Below are positions 59,211-64,000 of a DNA stretch of 64,000 nt, piece after piece. Numbering within the stretch: the first letter of the stretch is position 1; every line of letters begins with the position of its first letter. A program made the translations under genes and the position numbers. The notes under the pieces are model-generated. The model worked only from the letters and a program-made list of their open reading frames with translations, was not told the origin of the DNA and made no database searches. The stretch comes from Methanobacteriota archaeon (GTDB taxonomy: Archaea > Thermoplasmatota > Poseidoniia > Poseidoniales > Thalassarchaeaceae), in NCBI GenBank assembly GCA_002698225.1, contig NZWD01000004.1, positions 20,090 through 84,089 of the forward strand, given 5' to 3'.

Positions 59211-61697
59211 GTGGGCGGACCTAGTATACCTGACAAGCGATGGTCAGTGGATCTGGAGAAGCGAATTCAACAAGAGCACTATGAGCAAGGATACGGCGCC
59301 AGATATGCTTTCGATTCTAATAGCGAGCGTGAGATTTTCGTCATTGACACTCCTCCCCCTTATCCTAGTGGAACATGGCACATTGGGGCCGTGGCTCAGT
59401 ACAGTATGATTGATGTAATTGCAAGGAGCCAAAGGCTACTAGGCAAGGAAGTAAGATTCCCATGGGGTGTTGATCGTAATGGGATTAATATCGAATTCAC
59501 TGTTGAGAAAAAGTACGGACGCAAAATGAGGACCTATGACAGACTAGAGTTCCTACAATTGTGCGAAGAGACCATCGAGTCTTACACCCAAGCCATGAGA
59601 GAAACAGCCAAGCGAGTTGGCCTTTCTTGCGATTTCGAGAATGAATATCTTACTGACTCTCCAGATTACAGAGGAGTTTCCCAAGCCATCTTTGTGGATT
59701 TATTCAAGCGCGGAGATATCGTTGAGGATCTGCGTCCGAATATTTACGATCCAATTGAAGGGACCACTATTGCAGATGCTGAAGTTCAGAGGGTAACTAG
59801 AGAGACATTGCTTTGCGATGTGCGATGGTCTACTGAGGACGGTGAAGATGTGGTAATATCAACAACTAGGCCAGAGATGATTTGTGCTTGCGGAGTAGTC
59901 GTTGTACATCCTGACGATGAAAGATACGCCAGTTTGGTCGGTAAGAGGATTTCCTTACCAATGCCAGTATCAGGTAGATCAACCGAAGTCGAGATAGTCA
60001 CTCATCCTTCAGTGAAGATGGATTTTGGAAGTGGAGTTCTGATGGTTTGTTCTTATGGTGATCAGAATGATGTTGTAATATTCAGAGAATTGGGCCTGAC
60101 TCCTCATGTGGCAATTGGATTAGACGGATGCATGACAGAGATTTCAGGGCCACTTTCAGGACATTCTGCTGAGGACGCTAGATCGATGGCCATCGAGATA
60201 TTAAGTGATTCTGGAAGGCTGTCCGATGCAAAGAAACACATGCAGGAGGTCCCAGTGAGTGAGAGAGGAGGGAATCCTGTTGAAATCATATTGCTCAAGG
60301 AATGGTATGTTCGCCAGACTCACATCCTAGACAGACTAGCCGAGCTTTCTAACAGGTCCACATTTATACCTGAGAGGAACAGACAGTATCTCCACGATTG
60401 GATGGATGGCATTTCTATCGATTGGCCCATCAGCAGACGCAGATGGTATCACACAGAAGTCCCTATCTGGTATTCTGAAGACGAATCCAAGGTCGTGGTG
60501 CCTCCGCATGGCGTGTATGTCCAGCCCTGGAAGGACGACCCCCCTGCGGAATCAGATGTTTTAGACAGAGAATCAAAGCAGAGACTAGGCTCATACATTG
60601 AACTATCAGATACATTGGGCGAACTCATTGGAGAGGAGAAGGTATTTGATACTTGGATGGACTCTTCCAACTCGAACCTCTTCGTTTCAGGATACATCAG
60701 TGACCCCGAACTATTCGAGCGCGCCTTCCCAACAGCAATTCGGCCACAGGGCAAGGAGATAGTCAGGACATGGCTATATTATACTCTCCTGAAGAGCGCA
60801 TTACTCCTCGATGAGAACGCCTTCGATAATATCTGGGTAGACGGTCTCGGAATGGACCCATGGGGGCGAAAGATGTCAAAGTCCCTTGGAAATGGAATCG
60901 ACGCTGATTCTGTTCTCGAATGTGGTGCTTCTGGAAGAACTGGTTCTTGGAAGATTAAGGGCCCGGATGGAAAGCAGGTGCAACTTAGGGCGAACAAGAT
61001 AGGAAGCGAGTGCTTCAGACTTTGGAAGGCATGCGATGCTCAGGTTGGCGATGACTTCCAAATCAATCCACAAGAGATCGAATCGAGATATTTCGGTGTA
61101 CTGACCAAACTATTCAATGTCGCCCGATTCGCAAGTCAGTTCGATATTCCGCAGGATTTCAATAACCCTCCAGAAGACCTCCCAAGGGAGGACATGTGGA
61201 TACTCTCTGAGTTCGATGCCTCGATGCGTAGAGTCGAGACGGCTTGGAGGAGTATTGACATCTATACTGCAGCACAGACGCTCAAAGGGTTTGGAACGGG
61301 CGTATTTCCCAGTCATTGGCTGGAGATGGCCAAGTCCAGGCTCTATGATGGCGATGCCCGAGCGGCATGGACTCTTCACAGGATTGTTCGGGACATACTT
61401 ACAGGATTAACTCCAATCTGCCCTTTCTTCACTCATTATCTCTCAACAGAACTGTATGGTGAGTCTTCAATAGATGTCCGGGAGTTCCCATTGTTGAATG
61501 ATGGTTTGCTCGGAAACGATGCTGAACGTCTCAGAACCCTGACTAACCATATTTCTGACTTCAATTCCTCTGTTTGGAAGGCAAAGAAGAATGCAGGTCT
61601 TTCCTTGAAGTCACCAATTTCAGATTTCGAAATCCCGGCAGAATTAGCAGAATTATCTGATCCCCTCATCAAGATGCATGCCTTGGAATTTAATTGA
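59211..61697 (+). CDS. class Ia aminoacyl-tRNA synthetase, leucyl-tRNA synthetase-like
   Basis: 'PPYPSG' + 'WHIGAV' (HIGH-like), the 'TTRPEM' segment and 'KMSKSLGN'. Its overall length and the archaeal-LeuRS-like 'PWGVDRNGINIE' fit LeuRS. Confidence 0.65.
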   Translation: MGGPSIPDKRWSVDLEKRIQQEHYEQGYGARYAFDSNSEREIFVIDTPPPYPSGTWHIGAVAQYSMIDVIARSQRLLGKEVRFPWGVDRNGINIEFTVEKKYGRKMRTYDRLEFLQLCEETIESYTQAMRETAKRVGLSCDFENEYLTDSPDYRGVSQAIFVDLFKRGDIVEDLRPNIYDPIEGTTIADAEVQRVTRETLLCDVRWSTEDGEDVVISTTRPEMICACGVVVVHPDDERYASLVGKRISLPMPVSGRSTEVEIVTHPSVKMDFGSGVLMVCSYGDQNDVVIFRELGLTPHVAIGLDGCMTEISGPLSGHSAEDARSMAIEILSDSGRLSDAKKHMQEVPVSERGGNPVEIILLKEWYVRQTHILDRLAELSNRSTFIPERNRQYLHDWMDGISIDWPISRRRWYHTEVPIWYSEDESKVVVPPHGVYVQPWKDDPPAESDVLDRESKQRLGSYIELSDTLGELIGEEKVFDTWMDSSNSNLFVSGYISDPELFERAFPTAIRPQGKEIVRTWLYYTLLKSALLLDENAFDNIWVDGLGMDPWGRKMSKSLGNGIDADSVLECGASGRTGSWKIKGPDGKQVQLRANKIGSECFRLWKACDAQVGDDFQINPQEIESRYFGVLTKLFNVARFASQFDIPQDFNNPPEDLPREDMWILSEFDASMRRVETAWRSIDIYTAAQTLKGFGTGVFPSHWLEMAKSRLYDGDARAAWTLHRIVRDILTGLTPICPFFTHYLSTELYGESSIDVREFPLLNDGLLGNDAERLRTLTNHISDFNSSVWKAKKNAGLSLKSPISDFEIPAELAELSDPLIKMHALEFN

Positions 61698-62679
61698 GTG
61701 CCGAGGCTGGCTTATTGCCGTCAAAATATGTCAACAGGCAATTGACCATCTCTAAACCAACTCTAGATTGCGCCTCCAAAGTTGCGGCACCTATATGTGG
61801 GCTGCCAATGAAACCCTCATGCTGTAGTAGAGGATTTCCGATAGCAGGCTCAATTTCGAATACATCTAGGGCTGCACTAGTCAAGGTTCCTAATTCTAAG
61901 GCTTCTAGCACAGCTTCCTCGTTTACAATGCCACCCCTAGCGCAGTTGACAATGTGGTTGCCACATGGGATTTCATCTGCACCTATGCCCGGCATCATTG
62001 AGATTCTTTCTAGATTCACTAGATGTTTAGTCTCATCAGTGAGATTGCAATGGACAGAGATGTGTGTGCAACTGCTAAACAGTTCATCGACATCATCGTG
62101 CAAGATACATCCCTTCTCTAAGGCTAACTTCTCGGTAACATAAGGGTCGAATGTATGTACTTCCATGCCGAATGTCTGTGCAACTTCTGCGACTCCCTGA
62201 GCAATGCGGCCAAATCCAATTAGTCCAAGTCGCTTACCCCCCAATTCACTACCTTTCAGGTCCTTCTTGACCCATTCGGACCGTCTGAGAGCACGGTCAG
62301 CCTTGGGAATGAATCTGGCACCAGCTAGAAGATGAGCAATCGTCAATTCGACTACACTCTTGGTCGATGCTCCAGGTGTGTTGCAAACAACGACCCCATT
62401 CATAGCGGCGGCTTCCAAGTCGATATTATCCACACCCACCCCTGCTCGGCCGATGAATCCAAATTCACCTCGAGAACAACTGACCTGAATCACATTAGAA
62501 GTCATCTTCGTAGCACTGCGGACGACCACTGCATCGAATCCAGTTAGTACACCATCTAACAATTCTCCAGGGCTGTAATGCTTAACCACTACCTCATGAC
62601 CAGATTCCTCTAACTTGCCGATAGCCTCGGGAGCCATCCCGTCAGTCACAGCAATGCGACCCATGCCATGTTGACACAC
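61690..62679 (-). CDS. D-isomer-specific 2-hydroxyacid dehydrogenase (PGDH/GyaR-like)
   Basis: 'LGLIGFGRIAQGVAEVAQTFGMEV' NAD-binding motif, with the catalytic Arg/Glu/His arrangement and the C-terminal substrate domain. Confidence 0.8.
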   Translation of the reverse strand: MCQHGMGRIAVTDGMAPEAIGKLEESGHEVVVKHYSPGELLDGVLTGFDAVVVRSATKMTSNVIQVSCSRGEFGFIGRAGVGVDNIDLEAAAMNGVVVCNTPGASTKSVVELTIAHLLAGARFIPKADRALRRSEWVKKDLKGSELGGKRLGLIGFGRIAQGVAEVAQTFGMEVHTFDPYVTEKLALEKGCILHDDVDELFSSCTHISVHCNLTDETKHLVNLERISMMPGIGADEIPCGNHIVNCARGGIVNEEAVLEALELGTLTSAALDVFEIEPAIGNPLLQHEGFIGSPHIGAATLEAQSRVGLEMVNCLLTYFDGNKPASALN

Positions 62680-62734
62680 TTCAGTTCAATCAACCTTGCT
62701 GACTACAATATAGAATGGTGAGAGATTTGATATC

Positions 62735-63349
62735 GTGATGCCTACTGGATGTATCATGACTTACGAGTTACCCGACCTGCCTTACGACTACGATGCACTA
62801 GAGCCCCATATTGACGCACTAACTATGGAGATTCACCATTCCAAACATCACAATGCATACACAAACAATCTCAATGCTGCCATCGATGCAAATGGAATCC
62901 CTGACATGCCTATCTCTGACCTTCTCAGAAATCACTCTGACATAGCAGGAATCAGAAATAATGGCGGCGGGTGGTGGAACCACTGCCAGTTTTGGGAGGC
63001 CATGTCACCTGATGGCGGAGGAACCCCTTCCGGAGATCTTGCTACAGCAATAGACGCCGCCTTCGGCTCCTTCGAGGAATTCAAGGCCGTTTTCCAGAAC
63101 GCGGGCATGACTCAATTCGGTAGTGGGTGGGCATGGCTCGGTGTCAAGGATGGCGTATTGTGCGTTTGCTCCAGCCCCAATCAAGATAATCCCTTGATGG
63201 ATGGATGCTGCTCACCCATTCTTGGCCTTGATGTTTGGGAGCATGCTTACTACAAGAAGTACGGGCCCGGTAGAGCCACCTATGTCGAAGCATGGTGGAA
63301 TGTCGTCGATTGGAATGAGATTTCCCGCAGATTATCGGATGCCCTCTGA
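62735..63349 (+). CDS. sod: Fe/Mn superoxide dismutase
   Basis: 'YELPDLPYDYDALEPHID...EIHHSKHH' and 'DVWEHAYY' metal-ligand motifs. Confidence 0.9.
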   Translation: MMPTGCIMTYELPDLPYDYDALEPHIDALTMEIHHSKHHNAYTNNLNAAIDANGIPDMPISDLLRNHSDIAGIRNNGGGWWNHCQFWEAMSPDGGGTPSGDLATAIDAAFGSFEEFKAVFQNAGMTQFGSGWAWLGVKDGVLCVCSSPNQDNPLMDGCCSPILGLDVWEHAYYKKYGPGRATYVEAWWNVVDWNEISRRLSDAL

Positions 63350-63408
63350 TTGCACTGTCTAATGCTCTCTGACCGTTTTGTTATTGGGGCTGGTGCTGAC
63401 CAGCGTAC

Positions 63409-64000
63409 ATGGCCACAGGCTCTGAGGGTTTACTGACCTCAGTGTTAATCCTCCTAGCTCCATTGTTCTTAGCTATCCCTCTATCTCTAGGATGGAGATG
63501 GTGGATCGGTACTGAGCCCGAACACGAACATTATCGTGAGAAGGTTCGGAGAGTTTTAGATTCGGGCATTCCGCTGAGAAGGTATAGGGCCGAACTTGAT
63601 TCTGAGGCTAGGAGATTCCTTATCGATTCAGAGAGACAGGGGAGAATTGAATCTGATCTGTTGTTCCCTCTTAGAATTCAGCACTTTCTTTTACTTCCAA
63701 TACTAGCAATATGGCCAATAATCGGCTTATTTGCAGCCTTATTCGCTATCCCTCTGATGCCTTTACTAAGATTCCTAGATTGGTTGCTCATCGATAAGAG
63801 AGGGCTATTTCGTTTCGCCAAATTTCTTCAGAGCATCACTAGATGGGAAGTAATTGGCATTCCTAAGTTAGATGACGGGGCAAAGAGGTTAGATCAAGTA
63901 TTAGCTTCTATACATAGGCTACCAATTACGGTATTCCTAGGTGTATTCGCGTACCTTGTTGTTTTGTATCTCCCACTTGATGGCAGAGGTATCGTAGTAG
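63409..64000 (+). CDS. membrane protein, hypothetical, C-terminus cut off by the window edge
   Basis: The frame stays open from the ATG at 63409 to the window end. There are at least three hydrophobic helices. It is missing from the supplied ORF track because no stop falls inside the window. Confidence 0.4.
   Translation, partial: MATGSEGLLTSVLILLAPLFLAIPLSLGWRWWIGTEPEHEHYREKVRRVLDSGIPLRRYRAELDSEARRFLIDSERQGRIESDLLFPLRIQHFLLLPILAIWPIIGLFAALFAIPLMPLLRFLDWLLIDKRGLFRFAKFLQSITRWEVIGIPKLDDGAKRLDQVLASIHRLPITVFLGVFAYLVVLYLPLDGRGIVV

Noticed and set aside
1-64000. CRISPR arrays, transposases, integrases or prophage genes
   Set aside because: No direct-repeat/spacer periodicity was seen and no transposase or integrase-like ORFs. 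The only compositional anomaly is the small low-GC segment at 21.3-22.2 kb.

Overview
The window reads as an archaeal chromosomal segment, probably from a marine Thermoplasmatota / Marine Group II-like archaeon; the taxon is inferred from gene content and about 50% GC, not measured. It opens inside the RNA polymerase operon (unsplit rpoB, rpoA', rpoA'', ribosomal L30e), but the expected nusA is replaced by an uncharacterised ORF. Most of the rest is housekeeping: pdxS, a ferredoxin, an S3Ae ribosomal protein carrying an unusual C-terminal SAP domain, thyA-folA, archaeal TrpRS, a ZPR1 zinc-finger protein, a SepF-like protein, the proteasome beta subunit, aCPSF1 (FttA), a Nudix hydrolase, malate dehydrogenase, NAD(P) transhydrogenase (pntAA/AB/B), tRNA-splicing endonuclease, a pfkB-family kinase, X-Pro aminopeptidase, an MqnC/MqnE-like radical SAM enzyme, geranylgeranyl reductase, topoisomerase IA, class-2 dihydroorotate dehydrogenase, a LeuRS-like class I tRNA synthetase, a 2-hydroxyacid dehydrogenase and Fe/Mn superoxide dismutase. 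Two RNA genes that the ORF track cannot show are present: a tRNA-Pro(UGG) at 33228-33305 and an SRP (7S) RNA of about 310 nt at 55294-55603, across which two spurious ORFs were called. There are also bacterial-type accessory genes (a PlsC-like acyltransferase, an M6-like HExxH metalloprotease, an RND/MMPL-like exporter) and several secreted proteins with C-terminal membrane anchors. The most unusual region is 9.1-16.8 kb. It holds four paralogous coiled-coil proteins flanking a tight four-gene operon: a membrane protein with extracellular CARDB-like domains and cytoplasmic tandem zinc ribbons, a DtxR/MntR-family metalloregulator with an FeoA/SH3-like domain, a polytopic membrane protein, and one of the four coiled-coil proteins. 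A perfect 19-bp palindrome sits about 45 bp upstream of this operon. Other notable observations are a zinc-ribbon insertion in RpoA', a long N-terminal extension on RpoA'', and a low-GC ORF of unknown function at 21.4-22.2 kb. No CRISPR array, transposase or integrase was seen.
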